The translations under genes and the position numbers were made by a program. A stretch of DNA of 64,000 nt, taken from IMG/VR virus record IMGVR_UViG_3300043694_000018, positions 1 through 64,000 of that record. The stretch is one strand, 5' to 3'. The stretch is from a virus (lineage: Duplodnaviria > Caudoviricetes). Shown in pieces: positions 1 through 8,283 of the stretch. The notes beneath the pieces are model-generated. The model made no database searches. It was given only the letters and a program-made list of their open reading frames with translations, and was not told the origin of the DNA. The number at the start of each line of letters is the position of its first letter. Position 1 is the stretch's first letter.

Positions 1-2080
1 CATCGACGGCACCACCGCCAAGATCAACGACCCCTCGACATGGATGACGCGCGCTCAAGCGCAGGACTGTCTGGTCGAGTACGACCACGACGGCGTGCAG
101 ATTGCCCTCGGCGAGGCCAACGGTATGCTGCTGGGCGGCGTCGACCTCGACGCCTGCCTCGACACTGAAGGCGATCTCGATCCGTGGGCCGAGGCCATCG
201 TCAAGCTCCTCGACACCTACACCGAGGTCAGCCCATCCGGCACCGGCCTGCACCTGTTCTTCAAGTGCTCGCCCGAACTCAACTCGAAGCGCCTGCGCAA
301 GCACGTCCAGCGCAAGAGCCCGCGCGGCGGCAAGGACCAAGGCATCGAGTGCTACCTCGCCAAGCACTTCATGGCCGTCACCGACCAGACCTTCCAGCAC
401 TACGACACCGTGCGCATCCTCGACTTGGACACGCTCGACCGGCTCCAGATTCACATGCGCGACTTCGAGCAGAAGCCTCGCAAGCCCGAGGTCGATGAGA
501 CCGAGCGCCTGTACAGCGCCATCGCCGCCATGGCCAACACCGACCTGTCGTGGGAGGAATGGAACACGCAGGGCATGGCGATCTATCGTGCCACCGCAGG
601 CACGCAGCGCGGCTTCGAGGCGTTCTTGCGCTTCAGCCAGAAGTCGACCAAGTACGACGAGCGCGCCTGCGATGAGCGCTGGCGCAACTGGCGCATCTCA
701 CCGCCCGATCAGGTCGGCGAGGGCACCATCTTCCACCTCGCCATGGAGGCTGGCTGGCAGCCACCAGCGCGGCCCAAGACCAACGGCCACGCCAAGAACG
801 GCAACGGCCACAGCTATGCCGAGGAGCCCGAGAATGTGGTCGATCTCAACGCCTATCGCGGCAGCGCCAAGCTCAAGGACGAGACGCGCTTCCCGTCGCC
901 TGCGGCGCTCACTGAGGAAGACCTTGACGAGGATGCCCTCCCGGCGCGGCGCTGGCTCAAAGGCCGCAGCCTGATACGCGGCGAACTCACTGGCATCGTC
1001 GGCGATTCAGGCGTCGGCAAGTCAAGCCTCGAACTGATGACGGCGATTGCCGTCGTCACTGGTCGCGAAGGACTGGTGAGCGAGACGATCTACGAGACCG
1101 GCCCGGCATGGGTCCATAACTGCGAGGACAGCCACACCGAACTGCGACGGCGCGTCATTGCCATCCTCAAGCACTTCGATATTCCCAACGACGAGATCGT
1201 CGGCAAGTTGTTCCTCACCAGCGGCCTCGACAACGAGTTCGTCGTCCTCAACCGCGATCCCCGCTCAGGCCTTCTCACATCGACCATTCACGTGCAGGAC
1301 TGCATCGCCCACATCAAGGACCTCGGCATCATCTTCGCCAACTTCGATCCGTTCGGCAGTCTCGTGGACGACATCAGCGAGAACGCCAACCTCGAAGTGC
1401 GCAAAGGCCTCGTCCAGTTCAGGAAGATCGCCTACGCCACCGATGCCGCCGTGGCCATCGACCATCACACCGGCAAGGCACCACGCGGCGTCGAACACGA
1501 TCCGACCGATCCCAACATCGCACGCGGCGCAAAGGCCTTCATCGACACCTGTCGCATCGTCCAGCAACTCACCAACATCACCAACGCCGACGCCGACCGC
1601 TTCGACATCAACACGGAGAACAAGCACCTCTACCTGCGGCGCGACAATGGCAAGATCAACATCGCGCTGAAGGATGGGCAGGCACTTGGCTGGTACAGGC
1701 GTGAGACGATCCGGCTGCGCAACAGCGACGAGGTCGGTGTCGTCGTGCCGCACAGGTTCGAGACCAAGAGCCAGAGCGAGCAGGACCTCGAACGGCGGCG
1801 CGACGAGGGTCGTATCTTTGCGATGGTCGAGCGGCGCTTCAACGAAGGCCTGCCGGTGTCGGCCGCACCGCAGACCAAGGACGAAGGGCGCTACCTGCCA
1901 GCGCTCATGGATGCGTTGCCGCCTGCCGACCGCGTGCCCTACAAGCGAGCCCGGCGGCTGCTCACCGACATGCTTGGACGGCAAGACCTCTACTCCATCA
2001 CCGTCGATAGCCACAGCAAGGCGAAGGGGCTCTGCACGGCCACCCAATACCGCAACCTCAAAGAGAAAAAGGAGGAGTAG
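1..2080 (+). CDS. Primase-helicase (primase/polymerase N-terminus, PriCT-2-like domain, RepA/AAA_25 helicase); 5' end cut by window edge
   Basis: Frame is open from base 2 (IDGTTAKINDPSTWM...). Motifs: GVDLD and YTEVSPSGTGLH (primase); WEEW..QGMA..F..FSQKS.KYD (PriCT-2); Walker A GDSGVGKS, NCED, FDP, DHH (AAA_25). Confidence 0.85.
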   Translation, partial: IDGTTAKINDPSTWMTRAQAQDCLVEYDHDGVQIALGEANGMLLGGVDLDACLDTEGDLDPWAEAIVKLLDTYTEVSPSGTGLHLFFKCSPELNSKRLRKHVQRKSPRGGKDQGIECYLAKHFMAVTDQTFQHYDTVRILDLDTLDRLQIHMRDFEQKPRKPEVDETERLYSAIAAMANTDLSWEEWNTQGMAIYRATAGTQRGFEAFLRFSQKSTKYDERACDERWRNWRISPPDQVGEGTIFHLAMEAGWQPPARPKTNGHAKNGNGHSYAEEPENVVDLNAYRGSAKLKDETRFPSPAALTEEDLDEDALPARRWLKGRSLIRGELTGIVGDSGVGKSSLELMTAIAVVTGREGLVSETIYETGPAWVHNCEDSHTELRRRVIAILKHFDIPNDEIVGKLFLTSGLDNEFVVLNRDPRSGLLTSTIHVQDCIAHIKDLGIIFANFDPFGSLVDDISENANLEVRKGLVQFRKIAYATDAAVAIDHHTGKAPRGVEHDPTDPNIARGAKAFIDTCRIVQQLTNITNADADRFDINTENKHLYLRRDNGKINIALKDGQALGWYRRETIRLRNSDEVGVVVPHRFETKSQSEQDLERRRDEGRIFAMVERRFNEGLPVSAAPQTKDEGRYLPALMDALPPADRVPYKRARRLLTDMLGRQDLYSITVDSHSKAKGLCTATQYRNLKEKKEE

Positions 2081-2084
2081 ATTT

Positions 2085-2255
2085 TTCCCGCAAGGGTTTG
2101 CGGAAGTGAGTCGCTGCGGAAGTGCGGAACTCAGGTATTCTAAGTCGTTGATATTCCTCAAAACCCCGTGCGGGAGTGAGTCTGGTTCCATACCTCCAGT
2201 GTGAGTCTTCGTCTCACACACACTCCTGACGGAGTGTGAGACGGGACTCACCCCG
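2085..2255. other. Putative replication origin / structured intergenic region
   Basis: GCGGAAGT/GCGGAACT direct repeats, AT-rich tract, long imperfect inverted repeat 2201-2251, directly after primase-helicase. Confidence 0.4.
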
Positions 2256-2271
2256 CGCACAGGAGATCGCC

Positions 2272-2721
2272 ATGATCCAACCGACCAGCCACGACGACTA
2301 CCTCGCCACCCTTGTCCATCCTGCCCTGCTGGCCGCCGCCGATACCGTCATCGAGGTCCGCGCCAACAATCAGGGCGTCGTCCGCCTGCTGGCTCAAGTG
2401 CTGCCCCGATCCACCGACCGCATCGCCGTCGTCAATCCGCTGATCTGGCTGCCCCATGGCGACAGCCGCAAATGGGTCAACTGTCTGGCCATCCACGACG
2501 ATGAGGGCTTCAACCTGCAAGGCATCACGCTCGACCAAGACGATCCCGACTACGCCGATCAAGTTCGGCATCAGGTCATCTCGACCCTGTTCGAGACCGA
2601 GCCACCCTTCACAGTCTATCTCCCCGAAACCGAACTCGAAGCCGCCCGGACATGCGAGAGCCTGTGGCCGTCATCGCGCACACGCAAGCTCCGCAAGGCC
2701 ATCGAGAACGACAAGGCTTGA
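2272..2721 (+). CDS. Hypothetical protein
   Basis: CACAGGAG RBS before ATG 2272; GC3-rich codons. Confidence 0.7.
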   Translation: MIQPTSHDDYLATLVHPALLAAADTVIEVRANNQGVVRLLAQVLPRSTDRIAVVNPLIWLPHGDSRKWVNCLAIHDDEGFNLQGITLDQDDPDYADQVRHQVISTLFETEPPFTVYLPETELEAARTCESLWPSSRTRKLRKAIENDKA

Positions 2722-2770
2722 CGCCAAATTCTTTCACGCCCTACATTGCGGACATCTGAAAGGAGATACC

Positions 2771-3181
2771 ATGGCCAAGAAGCCACCCGCCAAGAAGCCC
2801 GCCCGCAAGAACCCCGTCGAGGCCAAGGTCGACCACGCGCTCGGCATCGGCAGCAGCCGTCCCACCGAGCATCCCCTCATCGGCAAAGGCGTCCGCATCG
2901 AACACATCGACCCCGATCCCGGCATCACCTTCGGCGAGATCATGGCCATCATCGACTGCCCACCCGCCCAAGGCGACCTCGTCCTCATCGAGCGCGTCTA
3001 TCCCAACGCCGATCAGGACTCCTACCAGTTCGTCATCGCGCTGAGCGGCCTCGCCGATCCCCGCATCCGCCTGTTCAACGATCCCGACGACGCCATCGCC
3101 TACACCGAGGGAACACCAATGCCGCTGGCCGATGCGCCAGAGGGTGAAGGCCCAGACCATCTCGGCGAGCCCTCAAATTAG
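2771..3181 (+). CDS. Hypothetical protein with Lys/Pro-rich N-terminus
   Basis: AAGGAGA RBS, MAKKPPAKKPARK start, typical codon bias. Confidence 0.7.
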   Translation: MAKKPPAKKPARKNPVEAKVDHALGIGSSRPTEHPLIGKGVRIEHIDPDPGITFGEIMAIIDCPPAQGDLVLIERVYPNADQDSYQFVIALSGLADPRIRLFNDPDDAIAYTEGTPMPLADAPEGEGPDHLGEPSN

Positions 3182-3190
3182 GACATCACC

Positions 3191-3559
3191 ATGGAACTGA
3201 TCTCCTGCACCCGCGCCCTCCATCGCATGCTCTGCGCCGGACACGACACCGTCATCGTCCACATGAACCGCGAGAACGAGGAATACACCGGCACACCAAC
3301 CGGCGTCTTCGCCAAGACCAACACGCAGGCCCGCATCCCTCAACGCGGTGATCGCGGCGATGCAGCCATCGGATCGCGCGTACCCGATCCCAAGAACTCG
3401 GCCATGCGCCGCAACCAAGATGCCCATCGCCCAATCTCGTGGCGCGCCCACGACTTCATCCTCGGCTTCACCATCATCGAGCGATCCAAGGAGGTCACGA
3501 TCTACCTGCCCATCGATGAGGTCATCGCCATCACCGGAGTTCCCAATGCGCAGGGGTGA
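3191..3559 (+). CDS. Hypothetical protein
   Basis: ORF tightly packed in operon. Confidence 0.55.
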   Translation: MELISCTRALHRMLCAGHDTVIVHMNRENEEYTGTPTGVFAKTNTQARIPQRGDRGDAAIGSRVPDPKNSAMRRNQDAHRPISWRAHDFILGFTIIERSKEVTIYLPIDEVIAITGVPNAQG

Positions 3560-3725
3560 CTGGAAGATCATCCTGTTCATCTTCGCGCTCGGCCTCTCGT
3601 TCGTCGCGCTCATGACCGTGCGCGACGATCACGTCTTCCATACAGGCGGACAGACTCTCCCCGGCCTCGGCGAATCCCCCGGCCTCGGTGTCTCGCGCGG
3701 CCTCACCCAGCGCGAGTTCAAGTGA
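3546..3725 (+). CDS. Small membrane protein
   Basis: MRRGDWKIILFIFALGLSFVALM hydrophobic segment; stop overlaps next GTG. Confidence 0.55.
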   Translation: MRRGDWKIILFIFALGLSFVALMTVRDDHVFHTGGQTLPGLGESPGLGVSRGLTQREFK

Positions 3726-3895
3726 GCGACCCCCATGCCATCGAGTTCACCTGCATCGACTGCGGCACCCGCGTCTTCGCCATCGGATACCACCACGCCA
3801 ACGACGACCCCGTCTGCGCCACCTGCTCATGGCTGCGCGCCATCGAAGACCCCGATGAACGCGAGAAATTGCGAAAGTTCCTCAACCGAGACTGA
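3722..3895 (+). CDS. Small Zn-finger-like protein (57 aa, not in ORF track)
   Basis: Hand translation from GTGA overlap: MSDPHAIEFTCIDCGTRVFAIGYHHANDDPVCATCSWLR..., two CxxC pairs. Confidence 0.65.
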   Translation: MSDPHAIEFTCIDCGTRVFAIGYHHANDDPVCATCSWLRAIEDPDEREKLRKFLNRD

Positions 3896-4196
3896 ACCCA
3901 TCTACCGCCTCAGCCTCTACGAGGCCTGCGTCTACACCAACCTCGACCCCTACCTGCTCGGCATCCTCCTCGATGATTTCGGCCTCCCGCGTCACCACAT
4001 CCCCACCGACCAACTCGACGGCATCCTCCGCTTCCTCAACGCCAATATCCTCGGCGATCCCGTCATTTTCCGCCTCTGGGCCGAGTCCGGCTTCACCGCC
4101 TACAACCCCGCCGACCGCGCCGGTCGACCCGCCCATGGCGCTCACACGCTTGACAGTACCCCGCCCGCTGTGGCTCAAATCCGCTCCGATAGCTGA
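3855..4196 (+). CDS. Hypothetical protein
   Basis: 3' part of ORF 3735-4196 has normal protein composition; start uncertain. Confidence 0.45.
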   Translation: MNARNCESSSTETEPIYRLSLYEACVYTNLDPYLLGILLDDFGLPRHHIPTDQLDGILRFLNANILGDPVIFRLWAESGFTAYNPADRAGRPAHGAHTLDSTPPAVAQIRSDS

Positions 4197-4362
4197 GCGC
4201 GGCCCTTCAGGGCCTGAGATCGGATCGCTCAGCCACTCTCGCGGGGAGGCTCCGATGTGAATTTCAGACATTCCATTTTGCGGAGCCATGCCTTACGACC
4301 TGTCCTCTTTTCAGGGCATCAGGATACACAGGAGGTCCAACAGTCCCGCGAGACCAACAGCG

Positions 4363-4887
4363 ATGTTCGCTTGGCACGTCGCCATCACAAAACCTTTCTC
4401 CGAACTGATTGCTGAACGGCACCTCGAACAGCAAGACTTCCAGCCGTTCAATCCCAAGTGCCTCATCATGCGCATCGTCCGAAACCGGCGCATCTTCACC
4501 GAGAAACCCTACATCCCCGGATACATCTTCATCCGATTCGATGTCGACACCGACAACTGGCAGCGCGTCAACAACACCAAAGGCGTGCAGCAGTTGATCT
4601 ACTCGTCCCCCGAACGCCCCGCTTGGATTCGCGACGAGGTCATGCAAGTCCTCATCGACCGTTGCTCAGGCGGTCAGTACGTCGCCCCAGAGCACATCGA
4701 TCAGGCCATCTCCAAGCTCATCCCCATCGGCGCGCTCGTCCGCGTGGTCGACGGTCCCTTCGAGGGCATGCGCGCGCCCGTCCACTGGTCACACCACCAG
4801 CGCGTCTCCGTCCTCTTGTCCTTCCTCGGCGTCCCCCGCAAAATCGATCTCCCCGCCCGATCCGTCGAGGTCGTCGGTCGGGCCTAA
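4363..4887 (+). CDS. NusG/RfaH-family transcription elongation/antitermination factor (NGN + KOW)
   Basis: W.V..TKP..E..AERHL, KPYIPGYIFIRFD, V..TKGV..LI (NGN); G..VRVVDGPFEG..A.V and RVSVLLSFLG (KOW). Start may be 4288. Confidence 0.9.
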   Translation: MFAWHVAITKPFSELIAERHLEQQDFQPFNPKCLIMRIVRNRRIFTEKPYIPGYIFIRFDVDTDNWQRVNNTKGVQQLIYSSPERPAWIRDEVMQVLIDRCSGGQYVAPEHIDQAISKLIPIGALVRVVDGPFEGMRAPVHWSHHQRVSVLLSFLGVPRKIDLPARSVEVVGRA

Positions 4888-4907
4888 AGTAGCGCGCGAG
4901 TAGCCCC

Positions 4908-5375
4908 ATGGCGGCAGCAACCGCACAGGTCGTCAAACTCCCCAAGCCCAAGCGTGTGCCTTTACCCACGGGCAAAGGCTATCGCTACGGCGGGCGCGTC
5001 AAAGGCACACCGAACAAGACCGGCCAAGAGTTCCGCGCTGCCTGTGCTTCGTATTCCATGGAAGGATTGGCGCGGCTCATCTCGATGGGTCGACAAGATC
5101 AGGACCTGCGGCTCGCCTTCGATGCGTGGAAGTTCATCATCGAGCAAGCGCATGGTCGCGCACCGCAAGGCATCAACCTGCTCGGCGCTGCTGGTGAACC
5201 CCTCGATCTCGCGACATTGACCGATGCCCAACTCACCATCCTCATCGCCCGCTTCGAGCTTGCAGCTTCAAGCGCGGAAGTGGCTCCCGCAATTGAAGGC
5301 ACAGCAACAGAGGTTGCACCGGGAAGCGAAGCAGAGGGCGGACACGCTGGCGAGGTTGAACGAGATCAGGAGTAA
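4908..5375 (+). CDS. Putative terminase small subunit
   Basis: GGRVKGTPNKT motif, ..EQAHGRAPQ; immediately upstream of TerL. Confidence 0.65.
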   Translation: MAAATAQVVKLPKPKRVPLPTGKGYRYGGRVKGTPNKTGQEFRAACASYSMEGLARLISMGRQDQDLRLAFDAWKFIIEQAHGRAPQGINLLGAAGEPLDLATLTDAQLTILIARFELAASSAEVAPAIEGTATEVAPGSEAEGGHAGEVERDQE

Positions 5376-6849
5376 CAACCTGAAGTTCTACGGCTTCATC
5401 ACCGAAGCGTGGGACAAGCTCGAACCGACCGCGCCCTACAAACCGTCATGGCACCATCAGGCCATCGGCGAACACCTCGAAGCGGTGTGGCGCGGCGAGA
5501 TACAGCGCCTCATCATCAACCAGCCGCCCGGCACCATGAAGTCGCTCACCGTGAGCGTGCTGTTCCAAGCGTGGGAATGGGGGCCGATGAACACGCCCGG
5601 CCTGCGCTACCTCACCACGTCGTACCGCGAGGACTGGGCACGGCGCGACTCCCGCAAGACCCGCGATCTGATCCAGAGCGAATGGTATCAGACGCTCTAC
5701 CCCTACATCAGGCTGACGCGCGATGGCGAGACCGACTTCGAGAATACGTTCCTTGGGAATCGTAAAGCGGTTCCCTTCAAGTCTCTCACCGCCGGTCGCG
5801 GTAATCGGGTCATCGTGGACGACCCACACTCGACCGAACAGGCTGAGTCAGATGCAGATCGTGAAGTCGCGACGCGCGTCTTTCGTGAGTCCGTCACCTC
5901 ACGCCTCAACGACCCGGAGCGCGACTGCATCATCATCTGCATGCACCGGCTCCATCCTGACGATGTGTGCGGCGTCGTTGAACGTCTAGGCTTGCCCTAC
6001 GTCAAGCTCGTGCTGCCCATGGAGTACACGCGCTCGCTCGAAGTGCGCACGCCATGGTTCAAAGACCCGCGCACGATGGAGAATGAACTGCTGTGCCCCA
6101 ACCGCGTCGACCGCGACACGGTGGAGCAGAACAAGATCGAGCTTGGCCCGCACGCCTACGACACGCAGTACCAGCAACAGGCCAAGGCGCGCGAAGGCAG
6201 CTTCTTCTTCAACCCCGAACACTTCCTGATCAAGACCGAGGTCGATGGCCGTGAGACGTGGTCGCCCGCCGATACTCCTCCCATCTGTGACAACGTCTTC
6301 GCGGTCATCGACACCGCGAGCAAGGTCGGCAAGCTGCGCGACGGCACGGGCTGCATGTACTACGCCTACACCAAGTACCCGGAGGAACAGCTTCGCATCA
6401 TCGACTGGGACCTGATCCAGATCGAGGCCGCCATCCTCGAACACTGGCTGCCCAACGTGCTCACGCGCTGCGAGGAACTGGCGACGCAGTGCAACGCGCG
6501 CTACGGCACATCGGGCGCGTGGATCGAGGAGAAGGACTCGGGCATCGTGCTGTTGCAGCAAGCGTTCATGCGCGGCCTGCTGGCCCAGCCGATCCAGACC
6601 AAGCTCACGCAGATCGGCAAGGACGGCCGGGCGATGAGCGCGTCAGGCTACATCTACAAGGGCATGGTAAAAATCTGTCAGGCGGCCTACGACAAGGTCA
6701 ACAACTTCCATGGCCGCACGCGCAACCACGCTTGGTGGCAGATGACCAACTATCGAATCGGCCACTCGACGCCCACGGATGAGGACGAGCTTTTCGACTG
6801 CCTGTGCTACGGTGCGATCATCGCATGCGGCGACACACAGGGGTTCTGA
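5224..6849 (+). CDS. terL: Terminase large subunit
   Basis: WHHQAI..HLE, IINQPPGTMKS (Walker A region), GRGNRVIVDDPH (Walker B), nuclease IDTASK...D, terminal DE.FDC. Start uncertain (5224 ATG or 5260 TTG). Confidence 0.92.
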   Translation: MPNSPSSSPASSLQLQARKWLPQLKAQQQRLHREAKQRADTLARLNEIRSNNLKFYGFITEAWDKLEPTAPYKPSWHHQAIGEHLEAVWRGEIQRLIINQPPGTMKSLTVSVLFQAWEWGPMNTPGLRYLTTSYREDWARRDSRKTRDLIQSEWYQTLYPYIRLTRDGETDFENTFLGNRKAVPFKSLTAGRGNRVIVDDPHSTEQAESDADREVATRVFRESVTSRLNDPERDCIIICMHRLHPDDVCGVVERLGLPYVKLVLPMEYTRSLEVRTPWFKDPRTMENELLCPNRVDRDTVEQNKIELGPHAYDTQYQQQAKAREGSFFFNPEHFLIKTEVDGRETWSPADTPPICDNVFAVIDTASKVGKLRDGTGCMYYAYTKYPEEQLRIIDWDLIQIEAAILEHWLPNVLTRCEELATQCNARYGTSGAWIEEKDSGIVLLQQAFMRGLLAQPIQTKLTQIGKDGRAMSASGYIYKGMVKICQAAYDKVNNFHGRTRNHAWWQMTNYRIGHSTPTDEDELFDCLCYGAIIACGDTQGF

Positions 6850-7094
6850 TGATCAAGATGACCGGCAAGAACGCCAAGACCGGCACGCCGTTCGTGCTGC
6901 TCGGCATCACCGACATGAACATCAAGCAGATGAACATGGGCAAGCCGATCCACGTGCTGGGCGCAGAGATGGGCGTCGATGTCGACATCGTCATCATCAC
7001 TGGCAAGGACGAGGACACGCTGGCCGAGACGCTGCGACCATTCGTGAGCGAGACCACGCGCGTCACCGACCGTCGCGACAGGAAGCGCAACTGA
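6849..7094 (+). CDS. Hypothetical protein
   Basis: TGATG coupling with terL and next gene. Confidence 0.65.
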   Translation: MIKMTGKNAKTGTPFVLLGITDMNIKQMNMGKPIHVLGAEMGVDVDIVIITGKDEDTLAETLRPFVSETTRVTDRRDRKRN

Positions 7095-7291
7095 TGCAGC
7101 ACCCTGACGACAACGCGATCTTCTTCCGGCAGTACATCGCGCCGCACGACATCGAATGGCGCGGCATGTTCTTTCCGATGGGCTCGATGTGGACATGCCT
7201 CGCTGGCGCTGCGGTGCCCGAGGGCTTTGTCGACGTGAGCATCGAGAACCTGCGCGAGATCAAGGCGCGCTTGCAGGCCACGGTGCAGTGA
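7094..7291 (+). CDS. Hypothetical protein
   Basis: TGATG coupling; 65 aa. Confidence 0.55.
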   Translation: MQHPDDNAIFFRQYIAPHDIEWRGMFFPMGSMWTCLAGAAVPEGFVDVSIENLREIKARLQATVQ

Positions 7292-7413
7292 GCGCACTGG
7301 AGATCGGCGGCACCTTCAAGGTGCTGATGCGCCAGATCGAGGACGAGCCGCAGATCAGGGCGCGCACGACGCTGAGGTACGACGGCTTCATCATCACCAT
7401 CACAGGAGATCGC

Positions 7414-7740
7414 ATGGCCTACACGCTCCCCGTCGACCACGAGGTCGAAGTGCAAGTCGCCTACGTCGATGCCAAGGGCAACCCCGCTGTGGTCGATGGC
7501 GACCCGGTGTGGTCATCGAGCGATGAGACGATCATCACGGTGACGGCCGACACGACCAACGCGATGCAGGCGATGGTGACGCCGGTCGGACCCATCGGCA
7601 ACGCTCAGGTCAAGGTCGAGGCTGATGCTGATCTCGGCGCTGGCACCAAGTCGCTGATCACGCTGATGGACGTGACCATCGTTGCGGGCGAGGCGGTGGC
7701 TGGCACGATCACGCCAGTCGGCGCACCGACCCCGGTGTGA
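7414..7740 (+). CDS. Ig-like (Big-type) virion protein
   Basis: ACAGGAG RBS; VQVAYVDAKGNPAVVDGDPVWSSSDETIITV resembles bacterial Ig-like repeats. Alternative GTG start 7288. Confidence 0.6.
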   Translation: MAYTLPVDHEVEVQVAYVDAKGNPAVVDGDPVWSSSDETIITVTADTTNAMQAMVTPVGPIGNAQVKVEADADLGAGTKSLITLMDVTIVAGEAVAGTITPVGAPTPV

Positions 7741-7937
7741 ACGCGCTCGAAGTCGCCGAAGGCTACCGGCGCAAGAACGAGGACGCATGGGAGAAGGATT
7801 GCCTGCACTGGCGCGGTCGCGTGCTGGTCGGCGATCACGCGCACTGGTGCCGCGAGTGGGACGGCCTGCCCATCGATGAGACGACGCCCGAATGGCCATG
7901 CGCCTGCGCTACGCCAGCGCACGCACCCGGCCGCTAG
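7737..7937 (+). CDS. Hypothetical Cys/His/Trp-rich protein
   Basis: GTGA overlap; DCLHWRG..HWC.EWD.LPIDET. Confidence 0.6.
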   Translation: MNALEVAEGYRRKNEDAWEKDCLHWRGRVLVGDHAHWCREWDGLPIDETTPEWPCACATPAHAPGR

Positions 7938-8082
7938 ATGCAGCGCAGCCCGTCAGAGCACTCGCAGAACATCATGCTGATGATGAGCACCATCAGCACT
8001 GGCACGGTGAGCATCCACATGGTTCGCATGTCCTGATTATGGGACAGGCCATGTGATCGCGTTGTGACCAAAGGAGGCGCGC

Positions 8083-8283
8083 ATGTACGAGCGCTCCGTC
8101 ATCCCCCATCCGGGGTTCCGCTTCTGGGCATCACGCGCGACGGTCCAGCAGGGCGTCGACATGGTCGAGGCCAACATCCGCGAGCAGAACATCGAGGTCG
8201 AGCCCGGCTATGACGCCGTGCTGATCACGATGTGCGCGCAGGCGCATGCGCTGTTCAAGATTGAACCTGCGGGGAACGCCTGA
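8083..8283 (+). CDS. Hypothetical protein
   Basis: AAGGAGG RBS; TGATG coupling to portal. Confidence 0.6.
   Translation: MYERSVIPHPGFRFWASRATVQQGVDMVEANIREQNIEVEPGYDAVLITMCAQAHALFKIEPAGNA

Noticed and set aside
4958-4979. Hairpin GCCTTTACCCACGGGCAAAGGC in terS
   Set aside because: Single imperfect occurrence within coding sequence; insufficient support as a pac or regulatory site.
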